A stretch of DNA of 61,456 nucleotides, the filler included, from Dugesia japonica (lineage: Eukaryota): the NCBI GenBank assembly GCA_001938525.1. It is 6 parts of 6 records of this genome, joined end to end, with 100 filler letters (N's around TTAATTAATTAA, not from the genome) between each part and the next. Parts side by side here need not be neighbours in the genome. Positions count along the whole stretch, not along the records: positions 24,112 to 33,814 come from MQRL01638748.1; positions 33,915 to 43,753 come from MQRL01239648.1; 4 more parts are not named here. One strand, 5' to 3'. Positions 26,801 through 41,400 of this stretch are shown here, one piece after another. Under the pieces are notes generated by a model. The model was not told the origin of the DNA. It saw only the letters and a program-made list of their open reading frames with translations, and searched no databases. The position numbers were made by a program, and so were the translations under genes. Each line of letters opens with the position of its first letter. Position 1 is the stretch's first letter.

Positions 26801-28909
26801 GCCAATTTAATATAACAAAATTAGATTTCAAAATTCGTTTACCGCAACCTGCGGTCAACATTGTCTATTATGGTTTAAAAATCAACATTTTAACTGAAAA
26901 TTTACATTATGTGAAATATAGTCAACATTGTAGTTGAAAATGTATATGTTGTATGTAAATAAATGTGTTTTGTGAATATATTTTATTTTATTTATTTTTA
27001 TTAAATTTAAGAATAGTTAATTAATCTTTGTTACAATCATAAAAATATAAAGCAGTTAATTGACCTTTGTTATAATCAAAAACATGTCTTTGTTATTTTC
27101 ATGATTAATAACTTTGTAAATGCAACTATATACTATGTTGAAGTAATTTAAAATTATTTTATCAAAAAATTATTTCTTTTCACAACTAAATATACTACGT
27201 TGTGGTATTTTTAAATTTTTGATACACCAAAGAAAAATTATTTTGACATTATAAAAAAAGTTACTTTTTAAAAATTTTCACAATTTTCAAAAAACTATTT
27301 TTAAAAGCGTCAAATTGGATACGTAAGTTTGTTATTTTTGATATCCCATTTATATATATACATTTTAGATTATGAACAATAATAATAAAAGCATATTTAG
27401 AACATTGTTAAGCGAAGAAAAGGTAAACTATTTTCATTATTATTATTATTATTATTTATTATACGCTTTCAGATTATGAACAATATAAACGATAAACGAA
27501 ATATGAATTCAACAAGTTTAATGATGGATAATGTNAATTTATTTTTATTATTTAATGATTATTAATTTTATTTTAGAATTATAATAATTAAAATCAAGGT
27601 GGAAGAGGTATCATGAGGAAGAGTTTAATTAAAGTAAATTTATTATCAACAGTTGATAGTTGTTAAAATTATTTATTTTAGAATTATNATGCTTCTGTTG
27701 TTGCTGTTACTGTTGCTGCTCCTATTTATGATAAAAGTTAATTTTTATTTTATAATTTATTTTATATTAATTTTTAAATGAACTTTTAATATTTTTAAAA
27801 AATGTAATACAACTTATTTTTTCCAGATTGTTTTACAATGTTCAAACATTATTGTGCAATCGGACTCATAAAGGCGACTGTTATAGTACTATGGAGAGAT
27901 ACTATGCATTCTTTATATGAGGAAAAGTAGTACATATGTCCATCATGTAGGTCTATAGGAATAGGTGAATATTTAGACTTTTATAGGTTGCATACAGACC
28001 ATTTAGGGCAGTTTACAACAAATAAAAAACAATTATTGCGGATTTTGAGATGATTACAAAATTATCTCTCAGGGCTCGTATAAATTAATTATATTTGATT
28101 ATATGTATGCATATCAGGTATGTTGATTTATTTGTTTTCATAGATTTCCCCAAGACTGTGGCTTCTAAAACAATATATGTAGAAGCCGATGATGTCATAT
28201 TGTCTTAAAAAATTTTTTAGAAACTCTAGTTGAACTTCTTTATAACAAGGATGATTTTAGATAAAGAGATTAATGGCCCATCACCGAAAAAAAGAAGATG
28301 TTATCACAAATAAAAAAATGAAGATGGAATCCCAGATAATTGAAGATGATTGGACCAATTTTTAAATCATAGATGAAATGGACAAGAAGATATCGCCATG
28401 CAAAGTNNNNNNNNNNNNNNNNNNNNNNNNNNNNNNNNNNNNNNNNNNNNNNNNNNNNNNNNNNNNNNNNNNNNNNNNNNNNNNNNNNNNNNNNNNNNNN
28501 NNNNNNNNNNNNNNNNNNNNNNNNNNNNNNNNNNNNNNNNNNNNNNNNNNNNNNNNNNNNNNNNNNNNNNNNNNNNNNNNNNNNNNNNNNNNNNNNNNNN
28601 NNNNNNNNNNNNNNNNNNNNATTCGAAAAAGAAGAATAAATGTAATTGTTTTCACATTATGTTAAATTTCATAGAAACTGGAGTGTTATTTGTTTACCTG
28701 TATATTTCCTACTGCGCATGATTTTTCAAAAACAGATTCATTTCTAAGAATTAGATAGCATTAGTGTGTAAAATGATTGATCAAAAAACTACAAAAATAT
28801 ATTGTAAAACACACTAAAGATGTTTATATTATCAATAAAAAACTTGACAGTAACTAATAAATTGTAGCTCAATTTTTATGTTGAGTCCGACTTATAAATC
28901 TTTCAGTAT

Positions 28910-29950
28910 TACTGTGTTCAAAAAGTAAGGTGATTTTCTAAATAAAATTCGAACTATTTATTTAATCATTCAAATTTATTTTGCCTCTTTCAAAGTAATC
29001 CATTCCCGTTGCAAGACACCCTTGCCAACGTTGAATTCAATTTTTGAAACACTTATATTCAATTTTTAGAATTTTCATAAGCCTATCCTTTGATTTTTAT
29101 TTAATTGGATTCATGACTCAAATCGAGTTNNNNNNNNNNNNNNNNTAATTCGACTAAACAGGAAATAAATCGCATGGTTACAAATAAATTGACTGCTTAA
29201 AACTCATAGGTAATGATTGCATTATGAACAATTGGGCTATCATGGTGCAAAGTCCATTAATTATTTAAATAAATCTGTTCTCTTTTGACGAATGATTTCG
29301 TACAAACAACACATAACTAGTAGGTAATAATCTTTATTAACGGTTTTACATAATTCCAAAATATCTTTATGCACCACACCTCGATAATCTATAAAAACAG
29401 TGAGCAAAACTTTTGCCTCAGAATGAGTTTGACGAACTTCTTCCGGTCTTGGTTTATTTGAAGCACGCCATTCAAATCCATGTTGTTTTATTAACACATG
29501 AAACTTGCAAAATCTAAGTCTAGTTTCCAGTAATAATACGTTCGATGAATGTTGCATAATATTCATTCATTCAAGCATATCTTCGAAAAATCAACACATG
29601 CTACTTTTGAAAGATCTCAATGATTTTTAAATGAGTTTTTCTGCCAAACATTTCAAGCCTAAAACATTTAAAATCAGTTAAAATTACTTCTACTGACCAT
29701 TAAATTTGCCAAAATCTTCAGCAACCAATCTCATAGTCAGTTAAATCAGTAATAACTGACATCGTGAAACTTGAAAATATATTTATTATTTATACTTTAA
29801 TATACAAACAAAACGTCAAGGTCACGTTTATTTCCAACTTCTCCGTCTCTTCCAGATTTTTAACACCTTTTCAGCCTTTTAATACGTCTGTGTTTTGAAA
29901 CTTCTGAATTCTGGACAATCTTTTACATTTAACATACATCGTTAAATAAA
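28910..29950 (-). mobile_element. Degenerate mariner transposon
   Basis: ORF 29261-29566: EWRASNKPRP..KVLLTVFIDYRGVVH..TVNKDYY..IRQKR. TIR-like actgtgttcaaaaagtaaggtga at 28911. Confidence 0.85.
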
Positions 29951-32900
29951 TTATGCTGTTCTATAATTATGAAAAATATCCAAATTAATACAATTGGATT
30001 AATCAATATCCTTGATGATCGATTTTGTGGTGTATTTAAGAAAACTAATTGTAGAAAATTTATCAAGAACAAAATTGTTTTTTAATTTTTTGTAAACAGA
30101 AAACTTTTGGGTAAAAAATGCAATAAATTTAACAAAATTTAAGTTAAAAAAACAAAGAAATATGATAAAATAACAGAAACTTTTTTAAACATTTTAAAAC
30201 AAAAATCAATTTCATATAAAAAAATATTTATCATGTGAATATCGAATTAAAAAAATTTCAATTGAAATTTTAAAAAAAATCAAACAAAAATAATTATAAA
30301 AGTGATAACAGATGAACTAAACAATGATGTTAACATAAAGTAGTTATATAGAAGAGCAAGTAATCATGAACTCTGATTAGCATTAGAAGAAAAAAATTAT
30401 CTGACAGTTTGCCTGCAATGAAAAGCAGAGAAAATATTCATTAGGCTAGAAAATGCGATATATTTGGTAGAAATGGATGCGAACAGATGATGTTAGTCAA
30501 TAACAACAGCAGAAAATCAGCCGACCTGACAAATTTATCACTAAAGTAGATTTTGCATGAATTTGTNNNNNNNNNNNNNNNNNNNNNNNNNNNNNNNNNN
30601 NNNNNNNNNNNNNNNNNNNNNNNNNNNNNNNNNNNNNNNNAAATTAAATAACGTAAAAAATTTGTACAAAGCCATGTAAAAATATTTCTTAAATTACTTA
30701 TAAATTTGATTTATTGTTTAAAAAAGATTTCAAAATTAAAGAAAAAAATTATAAATTTGAGTTAAGAAATATTTTGTTTAATGAAACTAGACTAATTTCA
30801 TCAAGGATCAAGTCAGATATTCCATAGATTGTTGTTCAGCTTTGAAATGAATTAAAATCTGTATAGTAATTAATTTACAATTAATTGGATTTATTTTTCT
30901 AATAAAAATATTTAATATGTAAAAAAAATTGAAAATATCGAGGTTAAACTCATTTAAATTACAAATTTAAAGATGAAAAATCTAATTCCAATTGGTATTA
31001 AGCATGAATTAAGAAAATCCAATCAGAATTTGGTGATTATGTGTAAATTTTCTCTTATCCAAATGTTATGTTTGTGTGTTATTTGTATATATTCTATCAA
31101 ATCGATTCCGGTTTGCAATAAATTAAAATCTTCTCAATCATATTTGACAATTTATTTGTAATGGTTAAAATTAAAAGCACATTTTATGAACACATATATT
31201 CTTTGTATAAATCATAGTACTGAAATAATTTTATAATCCGTTTTACTGATGCTACTGTACCCAGAAAAGATTTAAAAACTAAATTTTAATTTTCAGTGAT
31301 AAAATTAATGACATTCGATATGATTATAATTGGAATTATTAAATAGCGTAACAACTTTGTAATTAAGCAGGAAATTCATTTAAATCTTTTGAAATTTTAC
31401 TTTTATTACGGGTAAAGTATACAGAAATTGTCTTTTAGGTGTTGTTAAAACACATAAAGTGATAGATGTTAGATGAGTTAGAAATACTCATCGGATCATT
31501 AATGTCAAAACTCGATTCCATAGCAACATTTATTCACAAACAAAACTATAAATATAACTTTGCTTTATTCAAACAAATTCAAAAAATCATATTCAAAAAC
31601 GGAAAATATCAAATATCAGTATTTTGTAAAATATTTTAAAATTTAATTAATATCAAATTTAAAAATACATTTTATATATTTTTACTTATTTTACTTTATT
31701 CAAAATTTTATTAATATCAGTAGATAGATAGTTGCGCACGGGATCAACCCCTCCCCCTCCCATCCGCCGACGAAGTGATCTAGTAATTTGAGTTATTCAG
31801 GAATGTAGGATTTTGATTGATCGTTACGAATACGGGAAAAAATTTGGAATTCGGGTTGGAACGGTCGAATTTTGGCTCGGTAAGGTCGAAAATTCGAATT
31901 TTGTTCGAAATTTTTTGGTCTATTTTCATCGTACAAGTTCAAATTTGGTACTGTTGGGGAAAGACAGCTCTCAGAGGGCCTCTCGAAGAGCGTAAAGTGG
32001 TTGACTCCCAGCGCCTACTTGGAGTGCACACTTATACGCTTTTGGTTCGGGTTCGATATTTCCCCATTTATTTACNNNNNNNNNNNNNNNNNNNNNNNNN
32101 NNNNNNNNNNNNNNNNNNNNNNNNNAAAAAAAAAGATTTATTTTATACAGACAAATACTATTGACATATAATCCAAAGTCTCATTATCAAGCCACTGGAT
32201 TGGCTAATTCATCTTCTTTCTTCACGATTACATCCAGCTTTTTTATGAGAGCGTAATTCTGTTAAGGTCAGGTGTTTTACCCCAACATACATATGGTTTG
32301 CTATATAAATATTTTTAGTTTCCAAGATAAAGGTAGTAGCGCACTGGATCAGTTGACCTTGATCTATGAATTTCTCAGTTAAAACTTATTGTATCGCTTC
32401 ACAAATAGTATGATTCGATTTAGAATAAAATTTTCAACAAATTTCATATATAGTTTGTTATATACTTGTGCTTGGTTCGAAAGATAGTTCGACATTGCCA
32501 GGTACCATGTCCGACCTTCGATAAGAGAAATTAATAACTCTGAAAATACTTATGATAATCCATCAAATTTAATATCGTTGAACTCAAAATAAAGAACTGA
32601 ACATTCACAATTATCTCAAGTAAATCTTCTCTATCAAATGATGGAAATGACTGTAACATTCTCATTCTCACCATAGCTGGATATTTTATCAATGCTGTAA
32701 AAACGGAAGACTTCTTTCTAAATCCATTATTATTTTAATAAATACACAATGAGTTGTTTATCACTTTATTTACTTTTCAGTTAAAAGCTTCTTTCCATAT
32801 ATTTTCGATATCATTTTGAATTAAAACTGTAACAATCTATGTGTAAATTGAAGCAAACTATGAGTAAATTGTAACCACTTATACGTAAATTACTATTACC

Positions 32901-33814
32901 TATGTACAAATTGTGAGTCACAATTCGTGACCTTCTGTGTGTAAATTGTCACCATTTAATGTACATTGAAACATTAGTTTGTACTTTATCAAGTCAAATT
33001 TGTATTTGTATAACGTGATTTTATAGATTNNNNNNNNNNNNNNNNNNNTATTACTAAGTCCATAAGTAATTACATTAAAATGTATAGACTCGTAATTTAT
33101 ATATAGACTAATTTTATTAAGATTTATTAAATTTCCATTAATTTCAGTAAAGTTAATTAATTATAATTCATTTCACTAAATTTCATCGAATATAATAGGT
33201 TTAATAGATTTATAGTATTCATTAGATGTACTCTATTCTCTTTGTTTCGTAAAGTTCAGCAGTTGTATTTAAACATTAAACCAATGGTTATACAGTAAAT
33301 GTAGTAAAATAGTAGAAAACAATGTAATAATTTAGACCAATTTTATTAAGATTTATTAAATTTCCATTAATTTCCTTAATTTATAAATTTCACAAGTTTA
33401 GCAAGAGATACAGAAAGTCAGTAAATAGAGTAAACAAGTAGATAGAGTAAGTCCATATGTTAGACAAAGCAAATAGGTGAAGTAAGCCCATGTGTTTTAG
33501 AAAAATCAATGAATAGAGTAAATTATTGGACATTTTATCACAGTACTTGATCAAATCAGTCAATTAAAGTAAATTATTGTATTTTTTTAAACTGCTAATA
33601 GAATCCAGACCAATTACTAACAACGAAAGATACAATATAATTTGAAATAAATCTTGTAATGTAAATTATATATGTTGAGGTTTGAGAGTAGGGGGATAGA
33701 AGCGCATTAGCACATTCATAGCTATGGGCGAACCCCCCGGGGGGGGGCTCGGAAACACATTACAATTGTGCTATGATTTTTGTGCTACTATTTTTGGGTT
33801 GGTTTTTTTTTCTA

Positions 33815-33914
33815 NNNNNNNNNNNNNNNNNNNNNNNNNNNNNNNNNNNNNNNNNNNNTTAATTAATTAANNNNNNNNNNNNNNNNNNNNNNNNNNNNNN
33901 NNNNNNNNNNNNNN
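33815..33914. other. Artificial contig linker
   Basis: 44 N + TTAATTAATTAA + 44 N. Confidence 0.97.
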
Positions 33915-35324
33915 AGATCTTTCAAATTTCGTGTCTACCTAAGCCATTATATTTGTCTTGATCTGGTGTTTCACCCCAACACTTCTATATTTGATATTTT
34001 GATTAAAGATTAGGATAATTACACTTATATCGCTCAGTTTAATTTTAAAGTAGAGAAGCCAATCAAAGAGATAGGTTCTCTAAATTAAATTTTTGTCTAA
34101 ACAATAAACTGACATATGTCAGTATTTATAGCAAAAATTTACACTAGGCCTTCATGCATTGACCTCGTGTTTACATAAAATTTTCCATAAAAAATTACTT
34201 ACATGATTATTAGTTTACATAAAATAAATTATATCCAATAAAACTTTCATAAAAAATTTTCCATGATTTTTAATTCGTCATAAAATAAATTATATGTCAT
34301 AATTGTTTATACAATAAAATTATTAACATTAACTAATAGTCTAAATTGTTTATACAATAAAATCAATAGACTTTTGAATAATCCAAATTTTCACGAAATT
34401 CCAAATAAAATATAATGTCCCAATACAATATAATGCCATAATAAAATTGAAATTCCAAATAAAATATGATGTCACAATAAAATATAATGTCAGCCCATTT
34501 TTCAAATATAATGTCAGCACATTTGAGTCAGCACATTTGAGTTGGATTGATTTTCAGGGATTGATACTGATTTGAGGACTTGAGTCAACTAATTAATTTA
34601 AGAATTTTCTCTGCTATGTTTATTGTGTGTTGTATATATTTTGCTCTACTATGTTTATTGTGTGTTGCTTGTCTGTTTAAACTATTCAAACCTCAACAGA
34701 AATATATAAGAATTTAATGATACATAAAAATTGAACTGAAATAAAAATTGTTAGCAACTGCATGCTAAGTATAAGAAGTCATTTTGGCGCTGTCTGATGA
34801 CGACTCAAAAGATTAGCAGTTAAATATAGGATAATAGCTACACAGTCAAATATAATCGCTGCAGCAGACAACCTGTTAAATAAAAATTGTCAGTTGAACT
34901 GTTTGATTTTTATCAAACTCAGATTCCATTTCTAAATATAATGAATTTGGAAATTGCATTCTTTAAACTTTAGCAGAACATGAAAATACAAAGATAATGC
35001 TTTCATGGCACTCTTATGTTAAGTAAGAATTATCAGAGCTGTAATCTACACAAGTTTTAATTAAACAAGTTTAAATCGATAGTTATTCTTCTTTTTGGTT
35101 TTGAATGAGCTAAAAAAACCATAGTTCTCAAATGAGTTTGACTGGGATTTCGAACGAAACGTTTTGATTTGTAATTCAACAACAGTTGGTTCTTTTCTAT
35201 TAACTTTAAAATTAGAGTTCTTTATCACTCAGTTAAGGATTCTAGATTCTAGGAATTAATATTTATACTACTACTCTGGTCAATTAGCATTTAATTGTGC
35301 TGCCACATCAATTTCATGAGTCAT

Positions 35325-37937
35325 CGGGGCGGGCTCCTGACATAGGCGACATAAACAGTCGTAAAAAGGAAAGGAAAAAAGTTTTTGTTCAACAACAATA
35401 GTACATAATAATTTTTTTTAATTATAACACAATTATTAATGAAAAAATTATACATTAATTGTTATTATGCAACAGTGGAAACTTGAGATGCAACTAACTT
35501 CATTGTTCATTCGAAATCATTTGAAAAATAATTTGAAACAATGCAAATTACTTTCAATTCCTGACGAAGACAAAGTCGAAATATAGAGTTATTATCAAAA
35601 AACCAAGAAAACAAAATTTTGATCGAAGCTTTTATTTTATATGAATATATATACGATAGCTTCCATAAAGAACCAGTTCCAAAAGGAGTAATTTTTACAG
35701 ATCAAAATCAATCATTCATTAATTTTGATGATCCTGCATTGTGGCCTATACATTTATACTCTAATCGGATTATTTTTATTACAAAAGGACATGTGCAAGT
35801 TAAACAATTTTTTTCCAGAAACAATAAACAGAATATTCAATGCGGACATTATGTACTGACACTTGAAATAGGTGAAGAATTTCCACGATCTTGGCTTGTC
35901 TACTCAATTTCTACAAACTTAGTCTTTTGTTTCTGTTTCAAACTCTTTTATCAATATTTATCCTTATTTGCACCGGCAACTAGTGGTTGGAGTGATTGGA
36001 AAAACTTTTCCAAAGTTTTATCTTCACATGAAAAATCACCACATCACATGGATACATATTTTCAATGGAAAGAAATGGAGGCAAGTTTTAAAGGAAATCA
36101 ATGCATTGATTAGGTTAACCAGTGTCTTATGATTCAAAAAATCCAACACTAGAAAGACTCATTGGTTTGGTAAGGACACATGTCGCTCAAAATTTAGAAT
36201 TTCGTTGTACATCAGACAAATTATACGATATGAACAACGGTAACCAACTAGTTCATCGAAAGCAAGTTCATCGAAAACAAGTTCAACAAATTACAAGTTC
36301 ATCGAAAATATTTTATTTTTTTACTAACTAATGTACAAATATCGACACAATGCATTTAAAGATATAATAAAAAATGTGGAAATATTTGTAGAAAATGACT
36401 TTGCATTTTTGCTTTATCTTTTATTTTAATGTTTCTCGTGTGAGACTCCAATTTAAGTACATGCTTTTCGGTATAACTTTTGTTCTATAAGGTTTCATGA
36501 TTTTAAATTTACATATTCTTTATCGCCATAAAATTTTCTATGAACTAGACACGTTATTGGTTGATTTTGAGAAGAAAAAGGGTTTTCAAAAAATTTCATG
36601 TAAAGTATTAGAAATATCAAAAATGATCCACGTAAAATTCTGAGCAGTTTGGTATAAAAAACTTTGAAATCTGAGAATGAAAAATATTGTAATCGTCCGA
36701 CAGTTTAGAGTATGTTCACCACCTAGGTAAAAATATTCAACTTGAACTTATCTATTTTTTTACTGTGAACACATGTTCAAAACATCATACTCGCTGATGC
36801 TAAAAGAGGGAAGTATTTATCAATCATATTAGACGGTACCTTGGATGCAGGTCATGTTGAGCAGCTGATACTGATTATTCTATTTGTCATAACGTTAGGA
36901 AAAGATAATAAACATGAAAGAAGAGTAGATGTGCGCGAACATTTCTTAGAATTTCTTCAATTACAAAATACAGCAAATGCAGCTATGGCTGTTATTTTGA
37001 GAAAAACACTTGACAAACATGGTTTGCTTCTTTCAAATATCAAAGATCAGATAATGGCGCAAACATAACTGGAGAGAATAACGGAGTTCAGCGTAAAATT
37101 CTAAACATTAATCTTCAAGAATTCTACGTGACATGCAATACGCATACTCTTAATTTAGCTGTAAATGATGCTGTCAAATGTTGTATTGTAGCTGTAAACT
37201 TGTTTGGTTTTGCTCAAAGTATATATGTATTTCTTGTGCGATCCACACACAACTGAAATGTTCTTTTGAAACATTTGTCTTCATAATCACTCATACTCAA
37301 ACCACTAAATAAAGCCAGGTGGGAATCTTGAGTTGCAGCTCCTCGTATTTTGCACATTATCTCGGTCTAGTCTACCATGCATAAGTTTCACTTACAGAGG
37401 ACACAAACTTCAAAGGTGTTAATAGTAAAAAAAATGGAGGAGAAGCTCAAGCAATTGCTGGAAAATTTTCGGACTTTAAATTTCTAGTAGCCGTAGTAAT
37501 ATATTATAAAGTACTCTATGAAGTCAACGAGATAAGCAACATGCTGCAAGGTGTAACACTTGATTTATCAGAAGCAGTCAAACAACTAAACAAAATTGAT
37601 GCCTTGTTCGTGGATAGCGTTTTGATGAAGGCTTCTTGGAAGCATTAACTAATGCCAAAGAATTAGCCAAGGATATTGATTTGGAAGACTTGAGTTTTCC
37701 AGCAACCAAAGGAATAAGATTTCGAAAAAAGAAACGTTTATTTGATTACGGGTCACTAGATAAATCTGAGGTAAATCCAAAGAGATAGTGTACAAAGCTT
37801 AGATATTATAGTCTATTGATAAAATTAAATTTAAAGTTTATTAGTTTTTTAATTATTTAAATTCTTGGCGTGGTGCGTGTGCGGAGCGCTTTTATAGATT
37901 ACTGCCTAGGGCGCCAAATTCCATGGGGATGGCTCTG
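35325..37937 (+). mobile_element. hAT (Tip100/ZMYM1-like) transposon, decayed, with nested insertions
   Basis: TTF-type Zn finger RSWLVYS..VFCFCFKLF..GWSDWKN..SHEKSPHH; SIILDGTLDAGHVEQL; NGVQ; CNTHTLNLAVNDA; LKPLNKARWES. GC-rich ends cggggcgggc and gcctagggcgcc..ggctctg. No clean TSD. Confidence 0.88.
35555..35591 (+). ncRNA. Minimal type I hammerhead ribozyme (Penelope-like-element type)
   Basis: CAATTC-CTGACGA-A-GAC(AAA)GTC-GAA-ATAT-A-GAGTT: stem I, core boxes, 3-bp stem II and palindromic stem III. Confidence 0.75.
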
Positions 37938-38486
37938 AGAACAATAAGGATTATTTATAAAAATAATTTGTAACAATAATCACTTTTTTTAACTGGAATG
38001 CATACTTTCATATTAAAAACTGACATAATAATTTTACTGCTGTCAAATATTTGAAATGTATGTTCAATACCTTTAAATTTCTAAATGTATTTTTTCAAGA
38101 AAACATTTTCCCAATAAAAATAATCTTTTCTGTTGATTAATTAAAATGAATTACCGTGATCATTGCAAAAATATTGAGAAAACTTTTGAAAAATTTGAAC
38201 CTTGAATCCAAAATGTATATATACAACTTTACAAATGGTAAAATATACAACTAATAATATTTCCGGTATATGATTGTTTAAAAATAGCAATTTAAATATT
38301 TAAATTCTTATAAATTTTAATTTAAAGATTTTAAAATTTCTTTAGATAATAGTAAATTTATTACATATTTAAATCTAAGATTTTGATTATAAAAAGTCAT
38401 TTATTAGAAGTCACTTTATTAAATTTTATTTTAGATATATTTCATATAATCTTCATGTCTATATAATAATATTTTTAAAGAAAAAT

Positions 38487-41400
38487 ATGAAGTCAATTAT
38501 TCTACAACAATTACGTGTGTTATTGTGGAAAAATTTTAGGTTAAGAAAACGAAAACCTATTTCTTTGATTTTAGAAATTTTAGTTCCTCTTATAATTATC
38601 TACATATTAGTTGCAGTTCGCAGAGTTAATCTTAAATTTAGAATGGAGCAATGTGAATTTAAAGAAAAGCGTATGTCATCAATGGGACTTTTTCCATTTT
38701 TAATTGACTTTTTATGTACATTTAATACTACTTGCTATAACAAAACTCAAATTGATTGGAATGGGAAGTATACAAATGATTTAGAAATATTTTTGTCTAA
38801 CATTAGTAGTATATATAACAGCTTACCAGATGAAGAATTAACTGTCGCTTTACTTTTTAAATGGTCTACTTTTCATCCATATGAAGTTGGACAATTAAAG
38901 AATAGTATTAGATATATTTCAACTAAATTTTCGCCTTTATTTATTGTTATAAATCAGTCATTTGAAAACGCATCTCATTCTGCTGAACCGATCTATTTTA
39001 AATTATATACATTACTATGTGGATTTAAAGAAAATGACTTTTCAATATTTTATGAAAAGATCAATAACGTTTCTAAATCTGAACAATTAAATAACACTTG
39101 CGAAAATAAATTCCAGAAATACTTTGGGGATATTGATTCTAATCCAATTTCTCAATTAATATCAACATGGATTTTTGGAAAAATATATTATTCTCCGAGT
39201 TCTCCCTTCACTAGAGAAATGATGAAGAGGGCTAACACAACCTTTAAAGTTTTAGATTCTTTAAGATTAGCATCAATTGAATGGCGAGTTAATTTCAAAG
39301 ATTGGATTATTAAATTTATTAATAATTACGGTTTAATTAATGAAATTGAAAAATGTGAATCGATTTTTTTGTATTTAATTCCTGGTTTTTGTAAAACAAT
39401 CGAAAAACAATTCAATCGTCAAAATATCCTATCGATAATCGAAAATATATCCGGGATATTTTCTTTAATTGAAAATGCTTTAAATTGTACAGAGCTGAAT
39501 AAATTTGTACCAATGAACTCATCAATCGATATCGATAATTTAGCCAATCAACCTATGGACAAGGTATTAGCTGGATTAGTTATTGATGAAAAATTTCAAT
39601 ATCTTACTCGTAGAAATGCTACTTTTCTCAATTATCAAATTCGAATGCCAACCGATCGAATTGATACGACGAAAAAATTCAAAGTTCTCGATATATTCTG
39701 GACAGCAGCTCCCCGTCGAAATACCCTAATCGATTTCAAGTATTATACCAGTGGATTTCTGTTATTGCAAGAATCGATCGATCAGGCGTTCATTGAAATG
39801 ATCACCAACGATACTCCTATCAATATCGGTACTAGTATGCAGATTATGCCGTATCCCTGCTATGTTAATGATAAATTTATCAGATTTCTATCGAATATGA
39901 TCCCGTTTCTCCTTATAATAGCATGGGTGACTTCTGTGACGAGTCTAATCAAAAGTATAGTTTACGAGAAAGAGAAACGTTTAAAGGAATTCATGAAAGT
40001 GATGGGATTGGAGAATTCTGTTCATTGGCTCGGTTGGTTTATATCTACATTTGTTGTGTTGATTTTCCCGATTTTCATCATGTCTTTCACACTCATATAC
40101 GCTTCGATATTGTCGTTTTCTTCATTCTCCATCGTTTTCTTGGTCATATTCTCCTATGTTATCTCGTTTATCTGTCAAACGTTTATGTTGAGCACATTTT
40201 TCGATAAAGCCAATCTGGCGTCTGTCGCCGGAGGAATAATCTACTTTCTATTCTATATGCCTTTTATCGTATTCATCAAGTTACGTGATGATCTAACACC
40301 GATTATCTACTATTTCGGCGGGTTGTCAACGCAAGTCGCATTTAGTAACGCTATCAATTTCATTGGAAACTGGGAACAAACAACTGAAGGAATTCATTTC
40401 TATAATTTGTTCGATAGTGCAATTATGAATTTGAATTTCGGAGTTGGGCATTGTGTGGTGATGATGTGGATCGATAGTGGGGTGTATTTGTTGATTGCTT
40501 GGTATGTGGAGGCGGTTTTCCCTGGGAAATACGGTCTAGCTAGGCCCTGGTATTTTCTATTTACTCGTAATTACTGGGTTGGTTGTGATTGTTCGACTGA
40601 AAATACGAGAGAAATCATCGATTATTCGGTGGATATTGACGATAGTAGAGGATTGATTGAAGAGAATGAAGAGAAAATCGGTTTTGAATCTGAACCAAAC
40701 CATTTGAATATCGGAATTTCGATTAGAAATCTCGTGAAAATCTATACGGGCGGAAGAAAAACTAGAGCGATCGATAATTTGAACTTGAACTTCTATCAGT
40801 CGCAAATCACAGCATTTCTCGGTCATAATGGCGCCGGAAAAACCACTACGATTTCGATATTAACCGGAATTCTGTGTCCCTCATCGGGAACCGCATACAT
40901 TCTCAATGACGATATCCGGATCGATATGGAGAAAATCAGGAAGAAAACCGGTTTATGTCCTCAATATAATGTTCTATTCGATAATCTCACTGTGGAAGAT
41001 CATATCTACTTTTATGGATTACTGAAAGGAATGAGAACNNNNNNNNNNNNNNNNNNNNNNNNNNNNNNNNNNNNNNNNNNNNNNNNNNNNNNNNNNNNNN
41101 NNNNNNNNNNNNNNNNNNNNNNNGGAGGAATGAAGCGGAAATTGAGTGTAGCGATGGCATTTATTGGAAACAATTCACGAGTTGTATTTCTCGATGAACC
41201 GACTGCAGGTGTCGATCCATTTGCTCGACGTGCAATCTGGGATTTATTGATTAAATACCGAAATGACGATGAGAACCGGACAATCATTTTAACGACTCAT
41301 CATATGGACGAAGCGGATTATCTGAGTGATAGAATAGCGATAATCTCTCAAGGAAAACTGAAATGTTGTGGTTCATCGGTATTTCTCAAGAGAACATTCG

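Noticed and set aside
31730-32075. GC-richer patch with GGTTCGA as a tRNA or SINE
   Set aside because: No cloverleaf or properly spaced A box; likely an unclassified repeat fragment.
34795-34825. CTGATGA as another hammerhead (also ~9432)
   Set aside because: No stem II plus GAAA box and no stem I pairing.
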